From assembly GCA_963821235.1 (NCBI GenBank), contig CAWGCS010000001.1, positions 616,119 to 680,118 on the forward strand: a DNA stretch of 64,000 nucleotides. Reading direction: 5' to 3'. Below, piece after piece: positions 36,949 to 47,288 of this stretch; positions within the stretch are counted from its first letter, which is position 1, and every line of letters begins with the position of its first letter. The DNA comes from an uncultured Chloroflexia bacterium (lineage in GTDB: Bacteria; Chloroflexota; Limnocylindria; Limnocylindrales; CSP1-4). The notes under the pieces are model-generated. The model did not search any database, had not been told where the DNA came from, and saw nothing but the letters and a program-made list of their open reading frames with translations. A program made the translations under genes and the position numbers.

Positions 36949-39507
36949 GTGACCGACAACCTGGGCGACGTCCGCTCCATCCGCATCGAGGACGAGATGC
37001 GGACGTCCTACCTCGACTACGCGATGAGCGTGATCGTGGCCCGCGCCCTGCCCGACGTCCGCGACGGCCTCAAGCCCGTCCACCGCCGGATCCTCTACAC
37101 GATGGGGGAGATGGGGCTCTCCGCCTCGAGCTCGTACCGCAAGTGCGCGGCGATCGTCGGCGAGGTGATGGGCAAGCTCCATCCCCACGGCGACGCGGCG
37201 ATCTACGACGCCCTCGTCCGGCTGGCCCAGGACTTCTCGATGCGCTACCCGCTCATCGACGGGCAGGGCAACTTCGGGTCGGTCGACGGCGACTCGGCTG
37301 CGGCCATGCGCTACACGGAGGCGCGCCTCGCGGCGATCGCGGCGGAGCTGCTGGCCGACATCGACAAGGCCACGGTCGACTACGCCGAGAACTACGACGG
37401 CCAGCACCGCGAGCCGACGATCCTGCCGGCGAAGCTGCCGAACCTCCTCGTCAACGGCTCCTCGGGGATCGCGGTCGGGATGGCCACCAACATCCCGCCC
37501 CATCACCTGGGCGAGATCGTCGACGCCGAGATCGCCCTCATCGACGACCCGGAGCTCACCTCGGACGACCTCTGCGTGTTCGTGAAGGGGCCCGACTTCC
37601 CGACCGGCGGCTCGATCTTCCGCTACGAGCAGCAGAAGAACGCGATCACCGGTGCCAGCGAGACGGTCGACGCCATCCGCCAGATGTACGCCCACGGCCA
37701 CGGCCGGGTCGTCATGCGGGCCCAGGTCGCCTTCGAGGAGGCCCGCCGCGACCGGGTGGCGATCATCGTCACCGAGCTGCCCTACCAGGTGAACAAGGCC
37801 TCGCTCCTCGAGAAGATCGCCGACCTGGTCAAGGACAAGCGGATCGATGGGATCGCCGACCTCCGCGACGAGTCCGATCGGGACGGGATGCGGATCTACA
37901 TCGAGATCAAGAACGACGCCAACCCGCACACCGTCCTGAACAACCTCTTCAAGCACACCCCGATGCAGCTGGCGTTCAACCTCAACATGCTGGCCCTCGT
38001 CGACGGCCAGCCCCAGACGCTGCCCCTGAAGTCGGTCATCGCCCACCACGTCGAGCACCGCCGCCAGATCGTCCGGAGGCGGACCGAGTTCGAGCTCGGC
38101 AAGGCCCGCGAGCGGGCCCACGTCCTCGAGGGCCTCAAGATCGCCCTCGACCACCTCGACGAGGTGATCCGCACGATCCGCGAGTCGGCGGACGTCGAGA
38201 CGGCGCGCAACAACCTCATCGAGCGCTTCGGGCTCTCCGAGATCCAGGCCCAGGCGATCCTCGACATGCGCCTCGCCCGGCTCGCCGCCCTCGAGCGCAA
38301 GAAGATCGAGGACGAGTACCTCGCCGTCATCCAGCAGATCGCCGAGCTGGAGGACATCCTGGCCAACCCGGCCCGGGTCCTCGCGATCATCAAGGACGAG
38401 CTCCTGGAGCTGAAGCGGCGGTACGCCGGCGAGCGGCGGACGCGGGTCGTCGACGACTCCAGCCGGGAGATGACGGACGAGGACCTGATCGCCGACGAGG
38501 ACGTCGTCGTGACGATCAGCCGGCGCGGCTACATCAAGCGCCAGCCGGTGGCGACGTATCGCCGCCAGGGCCGGGGCGGGAAGGGGATCATCGGCCACGT
38601 GACGCGCGAGGAGGACGCGGTCGACTCGCTCCACGTCGCCAACACCCACGACTGGGCCCTCTTCTTCACGAACCGCGGACGCGTCTTCAGCGCCAAGGTC
38701 CACGCCGTGCCGGACGCCAGCCGGCAGGCGAAGGGGATCCCGATCATCAACCTCCCGGGCGTCCAGGTCGAGGCCGGCGAGGTCCCGACGGCCACCCTGG
38801 TGGTCCCCGACTTCAAGGCCGGCAAGTACCTGGTGATGGCGACCCGGCAAGGGATCATCAAGAAGACGCCGCTGGAGCAGTTCGAGAAGGTCCGCTCGTC
38901 GGGGATCCGGGCGCTGACCCTCGCCGAGACCGACGAGCTGGCCTGGGTCGACGTCGCCGCCGGCCGGGACGACGTGATCATCGCCACGGCGCTCGGGAAG
39001 CTCGCCCGCTTCGCCGAGACAGAGGTCCGGGCCATGGGCCGCGACGCGGCCGGCGTGATCGGCATCCGGCTCGCCCGGGCCGGAGACGAGGTCGTCTCCA
39101 TGAGCGTCGTGCAGCCGGAGCGGGACCTGCTCGTGCTCACCGAGACTGGCTACGGCAAGCGAGTGGCCCTCTCCGAGTTCCGGCGCAAGCACCGCGGCGG
39201 CCAGGGCGTGATGCTCATCCCGCTCGAGGGCCGCAAGACGGGCCGCGTGGCCGCCGTCCAGCAGGTCACGGAGGCGGACGACGAGCTGCTCCTCATCAGC
39301 GCCGGCGGCCAGGTCGTCCGGACGCAGACGAACTCCATCAACCGCTACTCCTCCGGGGCCCGAGGGGTCATCACGATGCGCCTGAACGAGGGCGATCGGG
39401 TGGTCGGGATCGCCGCCTTCAGCGAGGGGCTGGCGGAGCGGGGGGGCATGGGGGACAATGACGACCCCGATGCGGGCCCGAGCTCCGGGAGCGGCCCCGC
39501 CTCGTGA
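36949..39507 (+). CDS. gyrA: DNA gyrase subunit A
   Basis: [10 protein letters not shown] catalytic Tyr; GyrA-box QGRGGKG. Confidence 0.97.
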   Translation: MTDNLGDVRSIRIEDEMRTSYLDYAMSVIVARALPDVRDGLKPVHRRILYTMGEMGLSASSSYRKCAAIVGEVMGKLHPHGDAAIYDALVRLAQDFSMRYPLIDGQGNFGSVDGDSAAAMRYTEARLAAIAAELLADIDKATVDYAENYDGQHREPTILPAKLPNLLVNGSSGIAVGMATNIPPHHLGEIVDAEIALIDDPELTSDDLCVFVKGPDFPTGGSIFRYEQQKNAITGASETVDAIRQMYAHGHGRVVMRAQVAFEEARRDRVAIIVTELPYQVNKASLLEKIADLVKDKRIDGIADLRDESDRDGMRIYIEIKNDANPHTVLNNLFKHTPMQLAFNLNMLALVDGQPQTLPLKSVIAHHVEHRRQIVRRRTEFELGKARERAHVLEGLKIALDHLDEVIRTIRESADVETARNNLIERFGLSEIQAQAILDMRLARLAALERKKIEDEYLAVIQQIAELEDILANPARVLAIIKDELLELKRRYAGERRTRVVDDSSREMTDEDLIADEDVVVTISRRGYIKRQPVATYRRQGRGGKGIIGHVTREEDAVDSLHVANTHDWALFFTNRGRVFSAKVHAVPDASRQAKGIPIINLPGVQVEAGEVPTATLVVPDFKAGKYLVMATRQGIIKKTPLEQFEKVRSSGIRALTLAETDELAWVDVAAGRDDVIIATALGKLARFAETEVRAMGRDAAGVIGIRLARAGDEVVSMSVVQPERDLLVLTETGYGKRVALSEFRRKHRGGQGVMLIPLEGRKTGRVAAVQQVTEADDELLLISAGGQVVRTQTNSINRYSSGARGVITMRLNEGDRVVGIAAFSEGLAERGGMGDNDDPDAGPSSGSGPAS

Positions 39508-39533
39508 GGGGGTTCGGTGCGGAGGAGACGCCC

Positions 39534-40688
39534 GTGTACTCCGACTCGTTCGACGTCTACAGCGGGAACGCCAACCTGGGCCTGGCGCGGAAGATCTGCC
39601 GCTACCTCGGGCTGCCCCTCGGCCAGTCGGAGGTCTTCTCGTTCGCCAACGAGAACATCTTCGTGAAGATCCTGGACAACGTCCGGGAGAAGGACGTCTT
39701 CCTCGTCCAGCCGACCTGCCGGCCGGTCAACCAGTCGATCATGGAGCTCCTGATCATGATCGACGCCTTCAAGCGGGCGAGCGCGGGGCGGATCACGGCC
39801 GTCGTGCCCTACTACGCCTACGGCCGCTCCGACAAGAAGGACCAGCCGCGGGTCCCCATCACGGCCCGGCTCGTCGCCGACATGATCACGGTGGCCGGGG
39901 CTGACCGGGTCCTCTCGCTGGACCTCCACCAGGGCCAGATCCAGGGCTTCTTCAACATCCCCGTCGACGAGCTGACGGCCGTCCATCTCCTCTCCAACTA
40001 CTTCCGCCAGAAGCAGATCCAGAACCCCGTCGTGGTGACCGACCTCGGCTTCGCCAAGCGGGCCCGCACCTTCGCCGAGCTGCTGGACGCGCCGCTCGCG
40101 ATCATCGAGAAGCGCCGCGTCGGGAACCTGGACCGGGCCGAGGTCATGAACGTCATCGGCGAGGTCCGCAACCGGCGGGCGATCATCGTCGACGACGAGA
40201 TCGACACCGCGGGGACCCTGCTGGAGGTCGTCCGCGCGCTCCAGCGCGAGGGGGTCGACGAGATCTGGGCGTGCGCCACCCACGGCGTCCTCTCCGACCC
40301 GGCGATCGACCGGATCGCCGCCTCCGGACTGCGCGAGCTGGTCCTCACCGACTCGATCCCGCTGCCCGTCGAGAAGCGGCTCCCGCAGATCACCACGCTC
40401 TCGGTGGCCCCGCTCATCGGCGAGGCCATCCGGAGGATCCATCGCGGCGAGTCGGTCGGGGCCCTCTTCTCGTCCGAGGTGACGCTCACCCAGGAGATGA
40501 TCCTGTGGGAGGACGGCGTGGAGCACCTCATCGACGCCCGCACCGGGGCCCACCTCGAGGCGGGCGTGCTCGCGCCGGAGCGCCATGGCCGAGCCGACAC
40601 CGCGGAGCCCCCCGAGCCCGCCCCGGAGGCCGCCGCTGCAGCCACGCCCGCCGGCCGACGGCCGGCCAACGGCCCCGGAGACCGATGA
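39534..40688 (+). CDS. prs: Ribose-phosphate pyrophosphokinase
   Basis: PYYAYGRSDKK, DLH, DDEIDTAGTL; GTG 39534 preceded by GGAGGAG. Confidence 0.95.
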   Translation: MYSDSFDVYSGNANLGLARKICRYLGLPLGQSEVFSFANENIFVKILDNVREKDVFLVQPTCRPVNQSIMELLIMIDAFKRASAGRITAVVPYYAYGRSDKKDQPRVPITARLVADMITVAGADRVLSLDLHQGQIQGFFNIPVDELTAVHLLSNYFRQKQIQNPVVVTDLGFAKRARTFAELLDAPLAIIEKRRVGNLDRAEVMNVIGEVRNRRAIIVDDEIDTAGTLLEVVRALQREGVDEIWACATHGVLSDPAIDRIAASGLRELVLTDSIPLPVEKRLPQITTLSVAPLIGEAIRRIHRGESVGALFSSEVTLTQEMILWEDGVEHLIDARTGAHLEAGVLAPERHGRADTAEPPEPAPEAAAAATPAGRRPANGPGDR

Positions 40689-40915
40689 CCCTCCAGCTCC
40701 ACCGGCCCGACGGCCAGGGCGGCCTCGAGCCACAGACCGAGACCCCGAAGGACTGGCGCGACCAGCTCGAGTCGCCCCGCTGGAACCCGGCGCCCCTGAA
40801 GAACCCCGAGATGAACCCGACCCGGACGTCCGTGGCGGTCATCTTCTGGCTGGCGCTCGGCGTGCTGACCTTCGTCCTCCTCGTGGCCGGGTACGGCAGC
40901 GGCTTCTGGAAGTAG
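40685..40915 (+). CDS. Small protein with C-terminal TM helix, unknown function
   Basis: ATGA overlap with the prs stop; ends in a hydrophobic helix followed by GYGSGFWK. Confidence 0.7.
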   Translation: MTLQLHRPDGQGGLEPQTETPKDWRDQLESPRWNPAPLKNPEMNPTRTSVAVIFWLALGVLTFVLLVAGYGSGFWK

Positions 40916-40999
40916 CGGCGGTCAGCGCTCGCGACGGCGGGCGACCGGCGAGGCTCCCCGACGGCCCTCGCCCGGACCCACCCGTATACTGACCCGGCC

Positions 41000-43951
41000 A
41001 TGGTTCTCGGATTCCTCTCCCGTTTCGTCGATTCCAACGACCGCGAAGTCAAGCGGATCCAGCCCCTCGTCGACGCCGCCAACGCGCTCGAGCCGGACCT
41101 GAAGGGCGAGTCCGACGCCGAGATCCGGGCCCGCGCGAACGAGATCCGCGCCGAGCTCGCGGAGCTGCAGGCCACCTTCCGTCCGACGCAGGACGAGCTC
41201 GACCAGCCCGATCGGGAGCGCCGCCGCGACCTCGAGAAGGCCCGCCGCAAGGAAGAGAACGCGCGCCTCCAGGCGGCCATGGACGACGTCCTGCCGGAGG
41301 TCTTCGCCTGCGCCCGCGAAGCGATGCGGCGGACGCTCGGGATGCGCCATTTCGACGTCCAGCTGATCGGCGGCGCGGTGCTCCACCAGGGCAAGATCGC
41401 CGAGATGAAGACGGGCGAGGGCAAGACCCTCGTCGCCCCGCTGGCGGCCATCCTCAACGGCCTGACCGGTCGTGGCGTCCACATCGTGACGGTGAACGAC
41501 TACCTCGCCCGGCGCGACGCGCAGTGGATGGGGCCGATCTACCACTTCCTGGGGCTGTCGGTCGGGATCATCGTCCACGACACGGCGTACGTCTTCGAGC
41601 CGGGCTATCCGACGACCGACGAGCGGCTCATCAACCTGCGCCCGGTGACCCGCCGCGAGGCGTACGCGGCCGACGTGACCTACGGCACCAACAACGAGTA
41701 CGGCTTCGACTACCTCCGCGACAACATGGTCACCGAGCTCGACCAGCGGGTGCAGCGCGAGCGCTACTTCGGGATCGTCGACGAGGTCGACAACATCCTC
41801 ATCGACGAGGCCCGGACGCCGCTCATCATCAGCGGCCAGGCCGAGGAGTCGGCCGACCTGTACTACACCTTCGCTCGCCTGGTCCCGAAGCTCCTGCCTC
41901 GCCCCGAGGGGGCCGAGGAGGGCGGCGACTACTTCGTCGACCTCAAGGACCGCGCCGTCTCCCCGACCGAGGAGGGCGTGGACAAGATGGAGCGGCTCCT
42001 GGGGGTGCCCAACCTCTACGACGCCGACCCCCGGCTGGCCCGCCACTTCGAGCAGGCGCTTCGCGCCCATGCCCTCTACCGCCGCGACAAGGACTACCTC
42101 GTCAAGGAAGGCGAGATCGTCATCGTCGACGAGTTCACCGGCCGCCAGATGCCGGGTCGCCGCTGGAGCGAGGGGCTCCACCAGGCGATCGAGGCCAAGG
42201 AGGGCCTGCGCGTCCAGCGGGAGTCGGTGACGCTGGCGACGATCACCTTCCAGAACTACTTCCGCCTCTACGAGAAGCTGGCCGGCATGACCGGCACCGC
42301 GATGACCGAGGGCGAGGAGTTCCACAAGATCTACAGCCTCGAGGTCGTGGCCATCCCGACCAACGAGCCGATGATCCGGCAGGACGACGCCGACCTCGTC
42401 TTCCGCAACGAGAACGGCAAGTTCAGCGCCCTGATCGACGAGATCGAGGAGATGACGGCGGCCGGGCGGCCCGTCCTCGTCGGCACCGTCTCGGTGGAGA
42501 AGTCGGAGATCCTCGGCGAGCTGCTCCGGCGGCGCGGCGTGAAGCACGAGGTCCTGAACGCCAAGTTCCACGAGAAGGAGGCGGGGATCGTCGCCCAGGC
42601 GGGACGCGGCGGCGCGGTGACGATCGCCACGAACATGGCCGGCCGGGGGACCGACATCCAGCTCGGCGGCAACCCGGCCGGGCTCACCTCGGAGCTGCTC
42701 CACCAGCGAGGCATCAACCCGGCCGAGGTCGACCAGGCCACCCACGACGAGGTCTTCCGGGAGGCGAAGGCTCGCTGCGACGCCGAGCACGAAGTCGTGG
42801 TCGCAGCCGGCGGGCTGCACATCATCGGCACGGAGCGCCACGAGAGCCGGCGGATCGACAACCAGCTCCGCGGCCGCGCGGGCCGCCAGGGCGACCCCGG
42901 CTCGTCCCGCTTCTACCTGTCCCTCGAGGACGACCTGATGAAGCGGTTCGCCTCCGATCGGGTGGCGGGCCTCATGGAGCGCCTCGGCCTCGAGGACGAC
43001 GTCGCCATCGAGTCGCGCCTGGTCAGCAAGACGATCGAGAGCGCCCAGAGCCGCGTCGAGGGCTTCAACTTCGACATCCGCAAGCGCGTCGTCGAGTTCG
43101 ACGACGTCATCAACAAGCAGCGCGAGACGATCTACGCGGAGCGCGACAAGGTCCTCCACAACGAGGACCTCACCGACACGGTGCGGGCCTTCCTCGACGA
43201 GGAGATCGAGGCGCTCCTCGACCAGTTCTGTGCCGGCGAGCACACCGACGACTGGGGTATCGAGGGCCTGGCCCAGGCGCTCCGGGCGATGGGCCTCGAC
43301 GGGCCCGGGACCTCCGAGGACGACCTCTGGGAGGTCGGCAGTCGCGACGCCCTGGCGACCCACCTGCGCGAGCTCGCCGATGCCCGCCTCGACGCGAAGG
43401 AGGCCGAGGTCGGCGAGGCCGACTGGGCCATGGTCGAGCGGCTGGTCCTCCTGCGCACCATCGACGCGCTGTGGGTCGAGCACCTCACCGAGCTCGACGA
43501 CATGCGGCGCGGCATCGGTCTCCGCGGCTATGCCCAGCAGGACCCGCTCAACGAGTTCAAGAAGGAGGCCTTCAGCCTCTACGACCAGCTCGGGTCCCTC
43601 ATCCGGCACCAGGTCGCGACGACCATCTTCCGGGTCCAGATCGTGAGGGAGCCGGCACAGCCGACGCCCGACGAGTCGCAGCTGGCGGCTAGCCTGGCGG
43701 CCGGCGCGACGGCGCTCGCCGCGGGCGGCCGGCGGCCGCGCCGGGAGCCCGCCGCCGCCTCGACGACGAGCGCCGGGGGCGTCACGGCGCGGGGACTCCC
43801 CAGCGGCCCGGCGATCCGGGCCATGCAGCAGCAGGTCGGCGACCGCGCCGCGGCGCCATCCGCCGGCGGCGGCCCGGGCGCCAAGCTGGGCCGCAACGAC
43901 CCGTGCTACTGCGGATCGGGGCTCAAGTACAAGAAGTGTCACGGCCGGTGA
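41000..43951 (+). CDS. secA: Preprotein translocase ATPase SecA
   Basis: MKTGEGKT, DEVD, RAGRQGDPG, C-terminal SEC-C motif GRNDPCYCGSG..KKCHG. Confidence 0.98.
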   Translation: MVLGFLSRFVDSNDREVKRIQPLVDAANALEPDLKGESDAEIRARANEIRAELAELQATFRPTQDELDQPDRERRRDLEKARRKEENARLQAAMDDVLPEVFACAREAMRRTLGMRHFDVQLIGGAVLHQGKIAEMKTGEGKTLVAPLAAILNGLTGRGVHIVTVNDYLARRDAQWMGPIYHFLGLSVGIIVHDTAYVFEPGYPTTDERLINLRPVTRREAYAADVTYGTNNEYGFDYLRDNMVTELDQRVQRERYFGIVDEVDNILIDEARTPLIISGQAEESADLYYTFARLVPKLLPRPEGAEEGGDYFVDLKDRAVSPTEEGVDKMERLLGVPNLYDADPRLARHFEQALRAHALYRRDKDYLVKEGEIVIVDEFTGRQMPGRRWSEGLHQAIEAKEGLRVQRESVTLATITFQNYFRLYEKLAGMTGTAMTEGEEFHKIYSLEVVAIPTNEPMIRQDDADLVFRNENGKFSALIDEIEEMTAAGRPVLVGTVSVEKSEILGELLRRRGVKHEVLNAKFHEKEAGIVAQAGRGGAVTIATNMAGRGTDIQLGGNPAGLTSELLHQRGINPAEVDQATHDEVFREAKARCDAEHEVVVAAGGLHIIGTERHESRRIDNQLRGRAGRQGDPGSSRFYLSLEDDLMKRFASDRVAGLMERLGLEDDVAIESRLVSKTIESAQSRVEGFNFDIRKRVVEFDDVINKQRETIYAERDKVLHNEDLTDTVRAFLDEEIEALLDQFCAGEHTDDWGIEGLAQALRAMGLDGPGTSEDDLWEVGSRDALATHLRELADARLDAKEAEVGEADWAMVERLVLLRTIDALWVEHLTELDDMRRGIGLRGYAQQDPLNEFKKEAFSLYDQLGSLIRHQVATTIFRVQIVREPAQPTPDESQLAASLAAGATALAAGGRRPRREPAAASTTSAGGVTARGLPSGPAIRAMQQQVGDRAAAPSAGGGPGAKLGRNDPCYCGSGLKYKKCHGR

Positions 43952-44604
43952 GCGCCGCCGGCCGCCCGTCGGCCGGCCGTACGCTCGCCGCGGTCGCGAT
44001 CCTCGGCGTCCTGGGCGCGGCCGCCGTGACCGCCTACGCCACCGTGCGCATCTGGCAGCGCGGCGAGGTGGACGAGGCCGCCCAGGTCGGGACCGCCGAC
44101 GCGATCGTCGTCCTCGGCGCGGCCCAGTACGACGGGCGTCCGTCCGCGGTCCTCAAGGCGCGGGTCGATCACGCCGTCGCCCTGTGGCGGGAGGGCCGCG
44201 CCCCCGTCCTGGTCATGACCGGCGGCGGACGCGAGGGCGACCGGACGACCGAGGCGGCCACGGCGCGCGACTACGCGATCTCGCAGGGCGTGCCGCGCGA
44301 GGCCGTCCTCATGGAGGACCAGGGCCGCTCCACGCAGGAGTCGCTCGAGGCCGTGGACAGGATCCTCCGCGCGCGCGGGGCGGGGCCGACCCTCTTCGTC
44401 TCGGACCGGATGCACATGCTGCGGGTGCTCCGGATCGCCAAGGACCTGGGGATCGACGCCCACGGCTCGCCGGCGACCGACTCGCCCTCCGACAGCACGG
44501 TGGAGCGCCGGCTCGACGCCGCGCTCCACGAGCTGGGCGCGCTGGCCTGGTACGGCATCGTCGGCCGTCCGACGCCGGAGCTGTCGGCAGCCACCAGCCC
44601 CTGA
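43948..44604 (+). CDS. YdcF/DUF218 family protein
   Basis: DAIVVLGA, TGG, EDQGRSTQE, HMLR; N-terminal TM. Confidence 0.88.
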   Translation: MSAAGRPSAGRTLAAVAILGVLGAAAVTAYATVRIWQRGEVDEAAQVGTADAIVVLGAAQYDGRPSAVLKARVDHAVALWREGRAPVLVMTGGGREGDRTTEAATARDYAISQGVPREAVLMEDQGRSTQESLEAVDRILRARGAGPTLFVSDRMHMLRVLRIAKDLGIDAHGSPATDSPSDSTVERRLDAALHELGALAWYGIVGRPTPELSAATSP

Positions 44605-44720
44605 GGGCGGGCGGGGCTGCGTCCCGGCCCCCCACGGCTCCTGCGACCGCCGTCGTCAATGGCCGTCCCGGCGCCGCGGCAGCGGTGGTCAAGGGCCGTC
44701 GCCGGGCTGAAAACTCCCTC

Positions 44721-44749
44721 TTGGCCGGTCGAAGTTCCGCGCCTATACT
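44721..44749 (+). promoter_or_regulatory. Sigma70-type promoter for the Cys-rich ORF/prfB
   Basis: TTGGCC-N17-TATACT. Confidence 0.65.
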
Positions 44750-44849
44750 CCAACCGATGCTGCGCACGCATGCGGCGAGCGCACCCGGTGACCCCAGCTG
44801 TCGGGCCGCCGCTTCGCCGCACGCCGAAACCCGTCGAAGCGAGGGAGTC

Positions 44850-45074
44850 GTGAAGCAGGTCGAGGACGCCACCTTCGTCGATCTCATCGCGTGCGAGCGC
44901 GACTGCCGCTCCTGCAGCTACGCCGCCGCCCTCGACTGCGACGGCAACTGCGGCGTCTGCCCGCACAACGGCTACTGCCCCTGCGTGAACCCCGTCGTCG
45001 CCCGCAGCAAGACAGCGCTCCGGCTGATCGAGCTGCGGCCGATCCTGCTCCAGGACGCGCGAGGCCGGATCTAG
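44850..45074 (+). CDS. 74-aa Cys-rich protein of unknown function
   Basis: GAGGGAG then GTG; GC3-rich codons; 8 Cys (CERDCRSC, CDGNCGVC, CPC); stop abuts the prfB start. Confidence 0.7.
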   Translation: MKQVEDATFVDLIACERDCRSCSYAAALDCDGNCGVCPHNGYCPCVNPVVARSKTALRLIELRPILLQDARGRI

Positions 45075-46197
45075 GTGGATCGGGCCGAGCTTCGCGACCT
45101 CGTCGAGCGGATCCGCGCGACCTCGGGGCGTCTTTGACCTCGCCGCTCGCGAATCCCGGCTCGCCGATCTCGAGGCCCTGACCGCGGGGCCGAGCTTCTG
45201 GGACGACCAGCAGCATGCCCAGAAGGTCCTTCGCGAGGCCGACGGCCTGCGCACGGAGGTCGAGCTGTGGCGCGATCTCGAGGCCCGCGCGACGAGCCTC
45301 GACGAGCTCTACGACCTCGCCTCGGAGGTCGACGACGCGGAGATGCTGGCCGAGATCGAGCGCGACGTGGCCGGCCTGCGGACGACCTACGAGCACGAGC
45401 GGACCGCCCTCCTCTTCTCCGGCGAGTACGACCGCGGCGGGGCCATCATCTCGATCAGCGCGGGCGCGGGCGGCACCGAGGCGACCGACTGGGCGGAGAT
45501 GCTGCTCCGGATGTACCTCCGCTGGGCCGAGCGACATCGCTTCCGGACCGAGGTCGTCGACCAGACGGAGGGCGAGCAGACCGGGCTCAAGAGCGTCACG
45601 GTCGAGGTCGACGGCCGCCGCGCCTACGGCTGGCTGCGCGCCGAGCGGGGCGTCCACCGGCTCGTCCGGATCAGCCCCTACGACGCCCAGAAGCGGCGCC
45701 AGACGACGTTCGCCCTCGTCGAGGTCCTGCCCGAGGTGGACGACGACGTCGAGATCGAGCTCGACTGGGACGAGGTCCGGGTCGACACGTTCCGCAGCCA
45801 GGGCGCCGGCGGCCAGCACGTCAACAAGACCGACTCGGCCGTGCGCCTGACCCACCTCCCGACGGGGATCGTGGCCCAGAGCCAGAACGAGCGGTCGCAG
45901 ACCCAGAACAAGGAGACGGCCGTCAAGGTCCTCAAGGCGCGGCTCCTGGAGCGCGCCCTCGAGGAGAAGGAGCTCGAGATCCGCCGCCTCAAGGGCGAGC
46001 ACGTGGAGGCCGGCTGGGGAAACCAGATCCGCAGCTACGTCCTCCACCCCTACCAGATGGTCAAGGACCACCGGACCGGCCAGGAGACCTCCAACACGGC
46101 GGCGATCCTCGACGGCGACCTCGACGTCTTCATGCAGGCCGAGCTCGAGCGGGAGGCGACCGGGGCGCCGCTTGCGGGCGCGATCGAGCCGGCGTGA
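45075..46197 (+). CDS. prfB: Peptide chain release factor 2 (programmed +1 frameshift)
   Basis: GTG 45075, 20 codons to CTT TGA C (45132-45138), then +1 frame DLAARESRL..FWDD..SPY..GGQ. Confidence 0.96.
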
Positions 46198-47168
46198 CCT
46201 CGATCGGCGGCGGGACGCCGATCGGCGGCGGGATCCGCGTCCGGCCGGCCGGTCGAGACGACCTGCCTGCCTGCGCCGACGTCTGGCGGGCCGGCCTGGA
46301 CGGCTACGGGCTCCGGGTCGGCCGGGCGCCGATGATCGCCGCCCCCGGACCCCTCGTCGCCCTCCTCGACCACCTCCGGACCACCGATCCGGAGCGCTTC
46401 CTCGTCGCCGCGAGGGAGGACGAGGGCGGCGGTCGCGTCGTCGCCTTCGCCTCGGCCGTGCGGCGGGCCCACGTCTGGTTCCTGTCGATGCTGTTCGTCC
46501 ACCCCGATGAGCAGGCCCGGGGCCTGGGTCGGGCGCTGCTCGACGCGGTCCTGCCCGCGCCCGGCGACGCCGCGACCCTGGCAACCTGCACCGACGCCGC
46601 GCAGCCGGTCTCCAACGCGCTGTACGCGCGGCACGGCATCGTGCCCCGCGTCCCGGTCCTCGAGCTGGTGGGGCGGCCGGACGGCCGCCCGCTCCCCTCG
46701 CTGCCCGCCGACGTGCGGGCCGTGCCGTTCGAGGTGCTGTCCGCCGGGTCGTCCGACGGCCCAGGGCCGCGTCACCTGGCCGCGGCCCTGGCGACCCTCG
46801 ACGTGGCCCTCCTCGGCTACGCCCATCCGGAGGACCACGCCTATCTCGGGGCGGCGGGCCGCCTCGGGTACCTCTACGAATTGGGCGACGGTACGGTGCT
46901 CGGGTACGGCTACACCTCGCCGGTCGGGCGCCTCGGGCCGGTCGCCGTCCGCGACGACGCCCTCTTCCCCGGCGTGCTCGGCCACCTCATGGGGGCGGTG
47001 ACGCCGGCCGGGGCCTTCTCGGCGTGGGTCCCGGGGGCCGCCGGGCCGGCTGTCACGGCGCTCCTCGGGGCCGGCCTGCGGCTCGAGGACTTCCCGGCCC
47101 TCCTGTGCTGGGACCGCCCGTTCGCCGACTTCGGGCGCTACCTGCCGATCACGCTCGCCGTCCTGTGA
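46194..47168 (+). CDS. GNAT-family N-acetyltransferase
   Basis: LFVHPDEQARGLGRALL acetyl-CoA motif; GTGA overlap with the prfB stop. Confidence 0.85.
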   Translation: MTSIGGGTPIGGGIRVRPAGRDDLPACADVWRAGLDGYGLRVGRAPMIAAPGPLVALLDHLRTTDPERFLVAAREDEGGGRVVAFASAVRRAHVWFLSMLFVHPDEQARGLGRALLDAVLPAPGDAATLATCTDAAQPVSNALYARHGIVPRVPVLELVGRPDGRPLPSLPADVRAVPFEVLSAGSSDGPGPRHLAAALATLDVALLGYAHPEDHAYLGAAGRLGYLYELGDGTVLGYGYTSPVGRLGPVAVRDDALFPGVLGHLMGAVTPAGAFSAWVPGAAGPAVTALLGAGLRLEDFPALLCWDRPFADFGRYLPITLAVL

Positions 47169-47195
47169 GGGCGGTCTCCGCCCGGCCGCGGCCGT

Positions 47196-47249
47196 CGGCG
47201 AGGTCCGCCCCTCCGGCGAGATCCGCCACTCCAGCGAGGTCCGCCCCGT
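47196..47249. repeat. 18-bp tandem repeat, 3 copies
   Basis: CGGCGAGGTCCGCCCCTC / CGGCGAGATCCGCCACTC / CAGCGAGGTCCGCCCCGT upstream of ftsE. Confidence 0.85.
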
Positions 47250-47288
47250 CGGCAGCACCCGGGCCGCGGTGGTAGCCTCGGGCGGATC

